DNA of 45,562 nt from Candidatus Dormibacteria bacterium (GCA_046262435.1 JBHEMT010000036.1:1-45562); one strand, 5' to 3'; shown: positions 17,830 through 30,353, numbered from the stretch's first letter. Numbers and translations: made by a program. The notes: generated from the sequence alone by a model not told the origin.

Positions 17830-18714
17830 TCAGACGGCGAGGAACCGCCTGACGCCCAGGTACGAACCGAACGACCCGATCGCCGTGCCTGCGAGGAGGA
17901 TCACCCCGAGCAGAAAGACCAGGTATCCGCTGTCGTACACGAAGTGCACGCTCGATGTCAGCAGGTGATACGCGATTGTCACAACCGCGCTTGAGAAGAC
18001 GGCGGCCAGCAGTCCACCGATGACTCCCTCGAGAATAAATGGCCAGCGCACGAACCAATCGGTGGCGCCCACCAGCTTCATGATCTCGATCTCGGTACGC
18101 CGGACGTAGACCGCGGTCCGGATGGTGTTCATGATGATCACCACGCTGATGAAGCCCAACAAGGCGGCAATCACCAGGCCGATGAGCCGGATGTAGTTGA
18201 TCGCGGTGTTCAACCGGTCGATGATCTTGCGGTTGTCGTCGGTGGGCTGCTTGGTGTCGACCAGGGGGTTGGCACGCACCTCGTTGTCAATGGTGTTGAG
18301 GTCGCGCAGCTGCTTCACCTCAAGGTTGAGCGAGGCCGGCAGCGGGTTGTTGCCATTGAGCGCCCGCAGGGCGTTGGGAAAGTTCGGGTCGACCTTGGCC
18401 TGTTCTCGGGCCGCGTCATCCTTGGACTCGTAGACCACAGCCTTGACCCGGGAGTCGCGCATGAACTGGGTGGCGAGATGTTCGGTCGAGGCCAGCGACA
18501 CCCCATCGGACAGGTAGACGCGGATCTTGCTCGCCTTGGCCTGCTGCTGGTCAAGCAGGGTGTTCACCACGTGGGTGCCGAGCAGGGTGCCGCCCACCAT
18601 CAGCAGGATCAGCCCCATGGTGAACACGCCGGCCAGTGAGACCGCCAGGTTGCGGCGGAAGTTCTGCCCGGCCGAGACGAAGGCGAAGGCGAGCGCCGCG
18701 AGGACGCGCCTCAA
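17830..18714 (-). CDS. ftsX: Cell division permease FtsX
   Basis: [44 protein letters not shown]; TTGA overlap with ftsE. Confidence 0.95.
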   Translation of the reverse strand: MRRVLAALAFAFVSAGQNFRRNLAVSLAGVFTMGLILLMVGGTLLGTHVVNTLLDQQQAKASKIRVYLSDGVSLASTEHLATQFMRDSRVKAVVYESKDDAAREQAKVDPNFPNALRALNGNNPLPASLNLEVKQLRDLNTIDNEVRANPLVDTKQPTDDNRKIIDRLNTAINYIRLIGLVIAALLGFISVVIIMNTIRTAVYVRRTEIEIMKLVGATDWFVRWPFILEGVIGGLLAAVFSSAVVTIAYHLLTSSVHFVYDSGYLVFLLGVILLAGTAIGSFGSYLGVRRFLAV

Positions 18715-19505
18715 ATGGTGGCCTCCCCTTCCTTGAGGTACTGCCCTTCCATTTCATCGCGGACCACCCGGCCGCCCTCAATGGCGATCACGCGGCGGCG
18801 CACCAGGTCGACGACCTCACGGTTGTGCGTGGCCATCAGCACCGTCGTACCGCGGTGGTTGATCTGCAGGAGAAGCTGGACGATGCCCCATGAGGTGTCA
18901 GGGTCGAGGTTGCCGGTGGGCTCGTCGGCCAGAAAGATGTGGGGCTTGTGCACCAGGGCGCGAGCGATGGCCACCCGCTGCTGCTCGCCACCGGAGAGCT
19001 CGTCAGGAAACTTGGTCAGCTTGTCCTCGAGCCCCACGATCCACAGCGTCTCCTCCACCTTCTCGCGCAGGTGCCGCTGCCCTGGCCGGGTGACGTTGAG
19101 CGCGAAGGCCACGTTCTGGGCCACGGTGAGCCGGGGAAGCAGTTTGAAGTCCTGGAAGACGATGCCGAACTTGCGGCGCAGCTTGGGCAGCCGCCGGTGG
19201 GGCATCCGGGTCACCTCCTGGCCTTCGATGAAGATTCGGCCGGTCGAGGCGGACTCCTCGCGGATGAGCAGGCGCACCAGGGTCGACTTGCCGGCTCCGC
19301 TGGCGCCGACCAGGAACACGAAGTCCCCCTGGTGGATCGCCAGGTCAACCTCGCGCAGGGCGACGGTACCGTTGGGATAGGTCTTGCCCACGCCATGGAA
19401 CGAGATCACCGGCTTGGTCGCCGGTTCGTTCAGCGTTGCGACGGGTCGGACAGGTGCGGCTACGCTCATCAGTGCTCGTGAGGTCGCACCGGGAGGGCGC
19501 GACAT
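18711..19505 (-). CDS. ftsE: Cell division ATP-binding protein FtsE (alternative start ATG 19469)
   Basis: [45 protein letters not shown]. Confidence 0.95.
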   Translation of the reverse strand: MSRPPGATSRALMSVAAPVRPVATLNEPATKPVISFHGVGKTYPNGTVALREVDLAIHQGDFVFLVGASGAGKSTLVRLLIREESASTGRIFIEGQEVTRMPHRRLPKLRRKFGIVFQDFKLLPRLTVAQNVAFALNVTRPGQRHLREKVEETLWIVGLEDKLTKFPDELSGGEQQRVAIARALVHKPHIFLADEPTGNLDPDTSWGIVQLLLQINHRGTTVLMATHNREVVDLVRRRVIAIEGGRVVRDEMEGQYLKEGEATI

Positions 19506-19516
19506 TGGGGGCTGGA

Positions 19517-19680
19517 TCGGAGGCGGGTCGTCTGAAGGACGCCGCCGGCTCCATCTGGGGCCACGCGGCGCACCCGCCGGCGGACGGGGTGGTCGCCGAG
19601 GCTGGTCCGGCGGACGGAGTGCGCGGATGCCGTGTGAAGACGAGGTGCTGGGACTGGAACCCTCCGGACGACCGCCCCGA
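19517..19680 (-). ncRNA. Candidate structured RNA / long ftsE 5' leader (rod-like fold)
   Basis: 5' and 3' ends complementary plus two nested stems using G-U pairs; TATACT immediately upstream; folded by eye only. Confidence 0.35.
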
Positions 19681-19686
19681 AGTATA
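19681..19686 (-). promoter_or_regulatory. Putative -10 element (TATACT) upstream of the ftsEX operon
   Basis: Near-consensus hexamer in the 300-bp intergenic gap of a very GC-rich sequence. Confidence 0.5.
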
Positions 19687-19809
19687 CCGGCGGCCCTGGA
19701 AATGGGTGGGCTCAGGCGTGTCGCGACTCACCAAAGGTTGGTCACCTGCCCCGCCCGGCCCCACCCGGGCCGGCCGCCGGGCTCCGGGGCAAACAGCCCG
19801 CGGAGGCCG

Positions 19810-20805
19810 TCAGGCGGCGGCGCGCTGGTCGGGCAGGTGGTCCGGCACGTCACCTGGGCGATGGCGGCGCACCGGTTGCGCCAGGATGAGCGCCACTGCC
19901 ACGACGATGAGGCCGCCCGCCACCAGCGTCTGCCCGCGCACCACCTCGCCCAGGAAGAGGGCACCCAGGGCCACCGCGACGAGCGGGTTCACGTAGGCAT
20001 AGGTGGCGACCACCGCGGTGGGCAGCGCGGTGAGAATGAAGACGTAGGAGCTGTAGCCGATGATCGAGCCGATCAGCACCAGGTAGACGAAGGCCAGCAC
20101 CGAGGTGCTCGAGAATGCGCCGAGGTGCACCCGGCCGGCCTCGCCCCGGATCAGCCCCACAGCGAGCAAGACGGCGCCGCCGAAGAGCATCTCCATCCCG
20201 GTGCTCAGGATGGTGCTGCTCGGCAGGTCGGCGCGCCGCGCGTACAGAGAGCCGGCCGCCCAGCACAGCGGCGAGACCAGCACGGCGAGCATCGCGGCGC
20301 GGTTGCCGCCGCCCCCGGGCCGGAGCAGGAGGGCCACCCCGGCGAGGCCGACGGCGATCCCCAGCCATGCCGCGGGGCGCAGCCGCTCGCCGAGGAAGCA
20401 GTTGGCCAGAAAGGCCATCCACAGTGGCACCGTGGCGATTAGCAGGGCCACAACCCCCGACGGGACGGCCTCCTCGGCGAGGGTCACCCCCCCGTTGCCC
20501 ACCGCCACCAGGGCTGTCCCGACCACCAGGGTGGCGCGGCACTGGGCGAGGCTGGGAAGGCGCGTGCGAATCCTGCCCGCCTCCGGCGTCGCGCGATGCC
20601 GCAGCGCAAAGGCGCACATCAGCAACCCGGCCACCATGAACCGGACGCCGCTCATCAGCAGCGGTGGAATTGTGTCGATCGCCAGCCGGATCCCAAAGTA
20701 GGTGGAACCCCAGATGACATACACGGCGAGCAGGGCCGCGAGGGTCAGCGGCGGCGAGGCGCCCGGAGCCACCAGGCCGACCGCCCGCCGGCGGAGGGTT
20801 GTCAT
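19810..20805 (-). CDS. EamA/DMT family transporter (YedA-like)
   Basis: VYVIWGSTY, PPLL..GVRF, GNGGV..AE, GSIIGY, TYAYVNPLVAV.LG; ATGA overlap with the upstream gene. Confidence 0.92.
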   Translation of the reverse strand: MTTLRRRAVGLVAPGASPPLTLAALLAVYVIWGSTYFGIRLAIDTIPPLLMSGVRFMVAGLLMCAFALRHRATPEAGRIRTRLPSLAQCRATLVVGTALVAVGNGGVTLAEEAVPSGVVALLIATVPLWMAFLANCFLGERLRPAAWLGIAVGLAGVALLLRPGGGGNRAAMLAVLVSPLCWAAGSLYARRADLPSSTILSTGMEMLFGGAVLLAVGLIRGEAGRVHLGAFSSTSVLAFVYLVLIGSIIGYSSYVFILTALPTAVVATYAYVNPLVAVALGALFLGEVVRGQTLVAGGLIVVAVALILAQPVRRHRPGDVPDHLPDQRAAA

Positions 20806-21461
20806 GTCCACCGGCGCAGGGGGCCGACCCGCGCGGCCGCGCTCGGCGCAACCGGGACCGCCGGGTCGAGGGCAGAATCACCGGATGGGAGGCCCACCAC
20901 CTGCGCGACCGGGAGGACGCCGGCCCAGGTAGCAGTTCGCCGGTCAGCCGCCGGGTCGACCGGCGGCCCGGTGCGGACCTTGGCGGAGACCTCGTCGAGA
21001 TTGATCCTGACCAGCCCGGTCAGGGCCAGCTCCTTGGCGCTTGGACCACGCACCTCGGCCCAGCGGCCAGGCACCACGTGCTCCACAAGGGCCTGGAGGC
21101 TGGCGGCGACCTCCGCAGGCTCGACGATCGGCTCGGCGGTGCCCAGGACCACCGCCGAGCGGTAGTTCACTGAGTGGCCAAAGGCGGACCGGGAGAGAAC
21201 CAGCCCGTCGACCAGGGTGACGGTCACACAGCACGCCACCCCACGGCCGAGCTCACCGATCGTCCGGCTCAGGGCGGAACCGTGCAGGACCAGGTGGTCG
21301 CCGATGCGCACATGGGTGGTGGGGATCACCAACGGCTGGCCGGAGGAGAGGAACCCGACGTGACAGACCAGGGCCTCGTCCAGGATCGCGTCGACGACAG
21401 CACGGTCGTGGCTCCCCCGCTCCGGGTGCCGGGTCAGCGCGGTCCGGCCGGTCCTCGACAT
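20802..21461 (-). CDS. Pyridoxamine 5'-phosphate oxidase-like FMN-binding protein (NimA-like)
   Basis: ERGSHD..VDAILDEA.VCHVGF, LHGS, VDGLVLSRSAF.HSVNYRS, SAKVRTGPP, WAGVLP. Confidence 0.9.
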   Translation of the reverse strand: MSRTGRTALTRHPERGSHDRAVVDAILDEALVCHVGFLSSGQPLVIPTTHVRIGDHLVLHGSALSRTIGELGRGVACCVTVTLVDGLVLSRSAFGHSVNYRSAVVLGTAEPIVEPAEVAASLQALVEHVVPGRWAEVRGPSAKELALTGLVRINLDEVSAKVRTGPPVDPAADRRTATWAGVLPVAQVVGLPSGDSALDPAVPVAPSAAARVGPLRRWT

Positions 21462-21470
21462 CGTGCGGCC

Positions 21471-21489
21471 CTTTCGTTACAGTACAAAG
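21471..21489. promoter_or_regulatory. AT-rich imperfect palindrome in the 30-bp divergent gap; probable MocR operator/promoter
   Basis: CTTTCGTTACAGTACAAAG between the divergent starts; contains TACAGT 8 nt before GTG 21492. Confidence 0.4.
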
Positions 21490-21491
21490 TT

Positions 21492-22820
21492 GTGGACGTA
21501 GTGGAACAATATTATCCCACCGCGCGGACCGGGGTCGAGATCGTGGCCGGGGTCGAGGGAGCGGTACGCGAGGGCCGCCTGACCGCCGGGGACCGTCTGC
21601 CCACGATCCGCGACCTGGCCACCCATCTGGGGCTCAGCCCCACCACTGTGGCGGGCGCCTACCGGGACCTGGGGGCGCGCGGGGTGATCAACGGGGCGGG
21701 ACGTCAGGGCACCCGGGTTGCCGCGCGACCCCTCGTGGCGAGCCGGTCAGGCCCCCGGTTCGCCCCCGGCATCCGCGACCTGGCGCGGGGCAACCCGGAC
21801 CCGCTCCTGCTCCCACCGCTGGCCCCCGCCGTGGCCCGCGCCGCGGCTGCGATCGGCACCCCTCTCTACGGGGATGGCACGTCGGATGGGGCCCTGCTGA
21901 CCCTGGCCCGGGAACGGCTCGAGGCGGACGGCATTCCCGCCGACCACCTGACCGTGGTCGGGGGGGCCCTTGACGGGATCGAGCGCGTCCTCGGCGCCCA
22001 CCTCCGTCCTGGCGACCGGGTGGCCGTCGAGGACCCGGGATATTCCGGCCTGCTCGAACTGCTCGCTGCGCTGGGCTTGGTGACCCGACCGGTGCCGGTC
22101 GACGACAGCGGAATGTCAGCCACCGCCCTGGCGGCCACCCTCGCCGGGGGCGCCGAGGCTGTATTGGTCACACCGCGCGCGCAGAACCCCTTCGGATCGG
22201 CTCTCGACGCTGAGCGCGCCGAGGCGCTGCGCCGGGTGGTCACGGCCCACCCTCACGTGCTGGTGGTCGAGGACGACCACGCCGTCGGGGTGGCCGGCTC
22301 ACCAGCCCACTCCCTGGCCGCGGACCGCGAGCGCTGGTCGGTGATCCGGTCGGTCTCCAAGGCGCTGGCCCCCGACCTCAGGGTGGCGGTGGTCACCGGC
22401 GATTCCACCACCGTCGCCCGGGTGGAGGGCCGGCGCTTGCTCGGCACCGGGTGGGTCAGCCACCTGCTGCAGCGGACCGTGGTCGAGCTCTGGTCGGATA
22501 CCGAGGTCGGCCGTACCCTGGAGCACGCCCGTGCGACCTACGCGCAGCGGCGCACGGCGCTGCTCAATGCGCTGGCCGCCCGCCGCATCGCCGCCCACGG
22601 GCGGTCGGGCCTCAACGTCTGGGTCCCCGTCGATGATGAGGCGGCGGTGGCGGGCGCATTGCTCGCCGAGGGCTGGGGGGTGCTCACCGGTGAGCGCTTC
22701 CGTCTCGGATCGCCGCGCGCGGTGCGGGTCACCGTCGCCGAGCTCGTCCCTCACGATGCCGAGCGGCTCGCCGCGGCCTTCGAGCGTGCCGTGCGCACCG
22801 TCCCATCCCGGCTCGGCTGA
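21492..22820 (+). CDS. MocR/GabR family regulator (GntR HTH + PLP aminotransferase-like domain)
   Basis: LPTIRDLA..LGLSPTTVAGAY HTH; GNPDP, VEDPGY, TPRAQNP, EDDH, RSVSK..PDLR; start GTG 21492 or 21501. Confidence 0.92.
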   Translation: MDVVEQYYPTARTGVEIVAGVEGAVREGRLTAGDRLPTIRDLATHLGLSPTTVAGAYRDLGARGVINGAGRQGTRVAARPLVASRSGPRFAPGIRDLARGNPDPLLLPPLAPAVARAAAAIGTPLYGDGTSDGALLTLARERLEADGIPADHLTVVGGALDGIERVLGAHLRPGDRVAVEDPGYSGLLELLAALGLVTRPVPVDDSGMSATALAATLAGGAEAVLVTPRAQNPFGSALDAERAEALRRVVTAHPHVLVVEDDHAVGVAGSPAHSLAADRERWSVIRSVSKALAPDLRVAVVTGDSTTVARVEGRRLLGTGWVSHLLQRTVVELWSDTEVGRTLEHARATYAQRRTALLNALAARRIAAHGRSGLNVWVPVDDEAAVAGALLAEGWGVLTGERFRLGSPRAVRVTVAELVPHDAERLAAAFERAVRTVPSRLG

Positions 22821-22861
22821 GACTGTTCGCTGGGGTCACACCCGTCGCTGAACCAGGCGCC

Positions 22862-23996
22862 TCAGGCGGGTTGGGCCGCCGCGTCCGCCTCGACAGCCGG
22901 CCCGCCGGCGGCCCAGCGCAGGTACCCGTCCATGAACGGATCGAGGCCGCCCTCGAGCACGGCCTGAGCGTTGCCCACCTCCACCCCGGTGCGGTGGTCC
23001 TTGACCATGGTGTAGGGCTGCAGCACGTAGGAGCGGATCTGGCTCCCCCACTCAGCGGGCATCGACTCACCCTTGAGCTCCGCAAGGTGCTCGGCGTGCG
23101 CCGCCTGCTTGAGCACCAGCAGCCGGGAGCGCAGCACCCGCCAGGCCACGTCCCGGTTCTGGCCCTGGGAACGCTCGTTCTGACAGGTCACCACGGTGTT
23201 GGTCGGGATGTGGGTGAGCCGCACCGCCGATGAGGTCTTATTCACATGCTGGCCGCCCGCGCCGCTGGAACGGAACACGTCGACGCGAACGTCGTCGGGG
23301 TCGATCTCGAGCTCGATGTCGTCTTCAATCTCCGGGCTCAACTCCACTCGGGCGAAGCTCGTGTGACGCCGGTGCGCTGCGTCGAACGGGCTGATCCGCA
23401 CCAGGCGGTGCACGCCCCGCTCAGACTTGAGCAGCCCGAACGCCTTATCGCCGTCGATGCGCAGCGTCGCCGACTTGATTCCCGCCTCGTCACCCGGCGA
23501 CTCGTCGAGGAACTCCACCGTCATGCGGTGTTCCTCGGCCCAGCGCACATACATGCGCATCAACATCTCCGCCCAGTCCTGCGACTCCGTCCCGCCGGCT
23601 CCGGCGTGCACCGTGACCAGCGCCGCATCGTCGCTGTACGGGTCGGTGAAGAGCAGTGCGGTCTCGCGTTTGCCGATCTCCTGGGCGAGACCGTCGAGCT
23701 CGTGCTCGAGGTCGCTGCCCATCCCCGCGTCAGGCTCGGTGTCAAGCAGCTCAGCCAGGTCGCGGGCGTCGCCGGCGCGGCGCACCAGCGACTCCCAGCC
23801 ATCGATCTCGTCGCGGAGCCGGGCAGCCTCCTGGCTCAGCCGCCCGGCGCGACGAGGGTCATCCCAGAGCTCGGGCTCGGCCAGCTCGACGTCGAGCTCG
23901 GCGAGGCGGGCCCGGCGTGCATCCAGGTCAAAGATGCCCCTGCAGCTCGACCGCCTTGCTGCAGAGGGCCTGTGCCCGGGTCGCCGTCTCACTCAT
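22862..23996 (-). CDS. prfB: Peptide chain release factor 2, translated through a programmed +1 frameshift
   Basis: SPF and GGQ motifs; ATG 23996 gives 22 codons ending CTT-TGA, continuing in the +1 frame. Confidence 0.97.
23927..23941 (-). promoter_or_regulatory. prfB autoregulatory +1 frameshift site
   Basis: AGGGG-CAT-CTT-TGA-C: internal SD-like sequence 3 nt before the slippery CTTTGAC. Confidence 0.95.
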
Positions 23997-24078
23997 GTCG
24001 GCTCAATTGTAAAGGGGCCGTCGTCCCCCGCCTGCAGCGCGCGCCGGCACCCACCGCGGGGACCCGCGCGCGGGCCGG

Positions 24079-26972
<2,894 letters not shown>

Positions 26973-26976
<4 letters not shown>

Positions 26977-27662
26977 GGGCCCATGATCCCACGATGCCGT
27001 GGGCCGGGCGCCCGCGCCACCCCACGCAGATGCTCGCCGGCGCGGGCCAGCGCAACCCCGCAGATGTCGCGGTGAGCTGCGTGCGGGGCGGCGTGGACAC
27101 CGGCGAGCATCGTCGCGCCGGTGGTGATCACGTCGTCGACGATCCAGACCCGACCGGCCGGATGTGACGGGCCAAGCCATTGAAAGGCGCCGGAGAGATT
27201 CGCCGCCCGCGCCGCCGGCGAGCGACCCACCTGCGTCCCGGTGTCCCGGACCCGGCGCAACCAGGATCGATGCTGCGCTCCGAGCAGGGCGGCCACGGCT
27301 CGCGACACGGTCTCAGCCTGGTTGTAGCCGCGCTGGCGCAAGCGAGCCCGGCCCAGCGGGACCGGCACCACGAACGCCGGGGCGGGCAGCGCCGCGTAGC
27401 GTTCGGCGGCGAGCACTGCAGCCACGCGCAGCGCCGACCGTCCGTCGCGGTACTTGCCGCTGTGCAGAATCTCACGCAGCGGCGAGCTGTAGAGGAAGGC
27501 CGCATGGAGGCGCAGCCCGCCCTTGGCAACGGGATCGGGCTGGGGCAACAGCTCGAGGGCGCGCGCGCAGCCCAGGCACACCGCCGGGGCCGGGTCGCCA
27601 CAACCGGCGCAGCGGGTGGGGGCTAGTGCCTCGAGCACCAGGCTACGAAGGGCACCATACAC
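26973..27662 (-). CDS. comF: ComF family protein (zinc ribbon + phosphoribosyltransferase domain)
   Basis: [31 protein letters not shown]. Confidence 0.88.
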
Positions 27663-27689
27663 GGTTGTATGGTAGCGCCTGCAATAGCC

Positions 27690-28037
27690 TCAGACGAGGC
27701 GGACCATGGCGCCGCGCTCCACCCCGGCACGGTCCAGGGTCCCCACCGGCAGCTCGATGGTGTAGCGGGCCCCCCGCACCAGCCGGCTCATCCGCCAGGG
27801 CCTGATGCCCCGGAGCAGGTGGAGAACCCTCCCCTCTCGGTCGACGAAGAGCACGTCAAGGGGGATGCGCATGAAGAACATGTGGATCTGGTTGCAGGGA
27901 ATGATCGCCAGCCCCTCCCCCTCCGGGAGTTCGCGTCGGAACATCAACCCCACGGTGCGGCGGCCGAACGATCGGGCGAGGTGGACCCGCTCGGCAAGAA
28001 CGATCCCCTCAGTGGTCTCCAGCCGGCGGATGTCCAT
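27690..28037 (-). CDS. DUF192 domain protein
   Basis: R..GLMFR..L..GEG, CNQIHMFFMRIPLDVLFVD, TIELPVG; GGAG before ATG 28037. Confidence 0.85.
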   Translation of the reverse strand: MDIRRLETTEGIVLAERVHLARSFGRRTVGLMFRRELPEGEGLAIIPCNQIHMFFMRIPLDVLFVDREGRVLHLLRGIRPWRMSRLVRGARYTIELPVGTLDRAGVERGAMVRLV

Positions 28038-28179
28038 GGTGTCTCCAACGAGTTGCGCGTGCCCTCTCCGGGAAGGCGCAACCTGGCGTGAGGCGAGGCG
28101 CACCCGGCGCCGGCCGCCATCGTAGGCCCCGGCCGCGTCCGGTTCGGTGGTGGCGCTGACACGGGGCGATAATCGAGTC

Positions 28180-29181
28180 GTGTCAACCGGCGCCCACGCG
28201 CACTCCCACGCACCCTCGCTCGATGCCGATATTCGTGGCCTGCGGACGGCGGCCGTCCTTGTGCTCGGGGTCCTCGTCGTGGAGGTGGTCGCCGGCATTC
28301 GGGGAGGCTCGCTCGCCCTTCTCGGCGATGCCACTCACCTGCTGACCGACGTCGGCAGCCTCGGCCTGGCCGGGTACGCCGCGGCCCGCAGCCGCCGGCC
28401 CTCCAGCGAGCGCCACACCTTCGGCTACCACCGCAGCAGCATCCTGGTGGCCGGCTTCAACGGAACCGCGCTGCTGCTCATCGCCGTGGCCATCGCGATT
28501 GCCGCGGTGGCCCGGCTGCGCCACCCGATGGCCCTCCAGCCGGGGCCGGTGATCGCCGCCGCCGGACTCGCCCTGCTCGTCAATGGTGGCCTGGCTTTTC
28601 GCCTCGGCGGGGCCCACCATGACCTCGGTATCCGGTCAGCGGCTCTGCACGTGGCCGGGGACGCCCTGGCCTCAGCCGGGGTTGTGGTCGGTGCCGTGGT
28701 CGTGGCCGCCACCGGGTGGCAGGGTGCAGACCCGGTCGTTGCCGTGGCAATCAGCGCACTGATCGCCGGCGGCGCTATCCGGTTGCTCCGTCAGGCGGGA
28801 AGGATCCTCACCGAGTCGACGCCCAGCGATGTCGACCCCGCGGCCGTCCGCGAGGCGATCGAGAGGGCCATCGGCGTGGAGGGTGTGCACGACCTGCACA
28901 TTTGGTCGCTGAGCCTCCACCACCGCGCCCTGAGTGCCCACGTGATCGTCGCCGACCGTCCTCTCAGTGAGGTCACCGGCCTGCTGCGCGATCTCGAGGC
29001 GTCGCTGTGCGAACGCTTCGGAATCGACCACGCCACACTGCAGCCCGAATGCCCGACCTGCGTGGTCGCGGCGCGGTTGTACTGCGACCTCGACGAGCGC
29101 CACGACCTGGTGCACACCGCAGGCCGCCCGACGCCGGCGGGGTTCACCCCTGCGACGCGGCCGCCGGGAGAGGCAGACTGA
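28180..29181 (+). CDS. Cation diffusion facilitator (CzcD/ZitB-like Zn exporter)
   Basis: SLALLGDATHLLTD, TFGYHR, AALHVAGD, VHDLHIWSL, HATLQ.E; N-terminal HAHSH. Confidence 0.92.
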   Translation: MSTGAHAHSHAPSLDADIRGLRTAAVLVLGVLVVEVVAGIRGGSLALLGDATHLLTDVGSLGLAGYAAARSRRPSSERHTFGYHRSSILVAGFNGTALLLIAVAIAIAAVARLRHPMALQPGPVIAAAGLALLVNGGLAFRLGGAHHDLGIRSAALHVAGDALASAGVVVGAVVVAATGWQGADPVVAVAISALIAGGAIRLLRQAGRILTESTPSDVDPAAVREAIERAIGVEGVHDLHIWSLSLHHRALSAHVIVADRPLSEVTGLLRDLEASLCERFGIDHATLQPECPTCVVAARLYCDLDERHDLVHTAGRPTPAGFTPATRPPGEAD

Positions 29182-30271
29182 GGCGCACCTCGGTGCCCAC
29201 CCCGGTCTCCGAGCGGATCTCCAGCCGGCCGTCGTGGAGAACGGCGCGCTCGTGCATGGTGAGCAGCCCGAGGCACCGGCTGCGCCCCAGGCGCGCCTCC
29301 GTCGCGGCCACGTCGAACCCGTCGCCGTCGTCCCGGATGACCAGGGTGAGCCGGTCGCCGGTGAGCGCCAGCACCACGGAGGCGCGGTCGACCCCTGCGT
29401 GCCGGCGAGCGTTGTCGAGGGCAGCCTCAGCGATGCGCTGCACAGCCGCGACCAGGGTACGGGGCAGTGGGCGCCCCCGGCCGGTCACGGTCACGGCGAC
29501 CCGCAACCCCCGGTTCTGAAAGCTTTTCGCCAGAACTCGGAGAGCGCGCGCGGGGGCGGTCGCAGTGGTGAACGCGGGTCGCACCCGCTCGATGTATTCG
29601 TCGAGCATGCTGGTGGCAAGAAGCACACGCTGGCGCAGGGCGGCAGCCGAGCTTCGCTCCCCCCGGGCCAGCTCGCGGCCGAGGATCTCCGCCTCCAGCA
29701 CAACATCGCTGAGTCGCTGGATCGGCCCGGCATGGAGCTCGGCATCGAGCGCATCGAGCTCGGCATCGACCAACCCGTAGAGCTGTCGCGTGGTCTGATC
29801 GAGCGCCGTCATCCGGGCTGCGCGGCGCGAGCTCATCCCGTCGCCCAGCGCCGGCTCGATGGAGTCGCGCAGCTCCTCCAGGGCGGCGAGCTGAGCCTTC
29901 ACCCCGGCAAGTCGCTCGCGCAGTCCCGAGGCATGGGCGTCGATTCCGGCTAGCTGCGCTCGGACGGTGAGCGAGCGCTGGCTCACCTCCGCCAGCCCCC
30001 CGTACTCCACCGGACGGCGCTCGGAGATGAGCCGGCGGCGCTCTGCCTCGGCCGCCTCGCGGTCGACGCGCATGCCGGCCCGGCGGCCCACCGCCTGGCG
30101 CAGCTCGGCGTCAAGCTGGGCGGCCACGGCGCGCAGCTTGTCCAGCTGCTCGGCAAGGGTCGGCGAAAGCTCGCCGGCGGTGAGCCCCCGCGACTGGGGA
30201 CGGCCGCTGAGGGTGATGTCGCCCGCTCGGCTCACGGCCACCAGCTCCAGGTCCGCGGGAACCGCGCTCAC
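29144..30271 (-). CDS. Soluble DegS/NarX-like (HisKA_3) histidine kinase, degenerate H-box
   Basis: Coiled-coil N-terminus, ELHAGPIQ, RIAEAALDNARRHA, IRDDGDGFD, LGLLTMHERA, GVGTEV; GGAGG before GTG 30271. Confidence 0.8.
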   Translation of the reverse strand: MSAVPADLELVAVSRAGDITLSGRPQSRGLTAGELSPTLAEQLDKLRAVAAQLDAELRQAVGRRAGMRVDREAAEAERRRLISERRPVEYGGLAEVSQRSLTVRAQLAGIDAHASGLRERLAGVKAQLAALEELRDSIEPALGDGMSSRRAARMTALDQTTRQLYGLVDAELDALDAELHAGPIQRLSDVVLEAEILGRELARGERSSAAALRQRVLLATSMLDEYIERVRPAFTTATAPARALRVLAKSFQNRGLRVAVTVTGRGRPLPRTLVAAVQRIAEAALDNARRHAGVDRASVVLALTGDRLTLVIRDDGDGFDVAATEARLGRSRCLGLLTMHERAVLHDGRLEIRSETGVGTEVRLSLPLPAAASQG

Positions 30272-30353
30272 ATGGCCTCCACAATTCCGCCGAACGCCCC
30301 AATCGTCGAACGATACCCGATGGGTCGTCGGCCCAGGTGGTGCGGTGAAGAGT

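Noticed and set aside
22862-23996. prfB as a frameshifted pseudogene
   Set aside because: The break is exactly the canonical CTT-TGA-C programmed frameshift with upstream SD-like sequence
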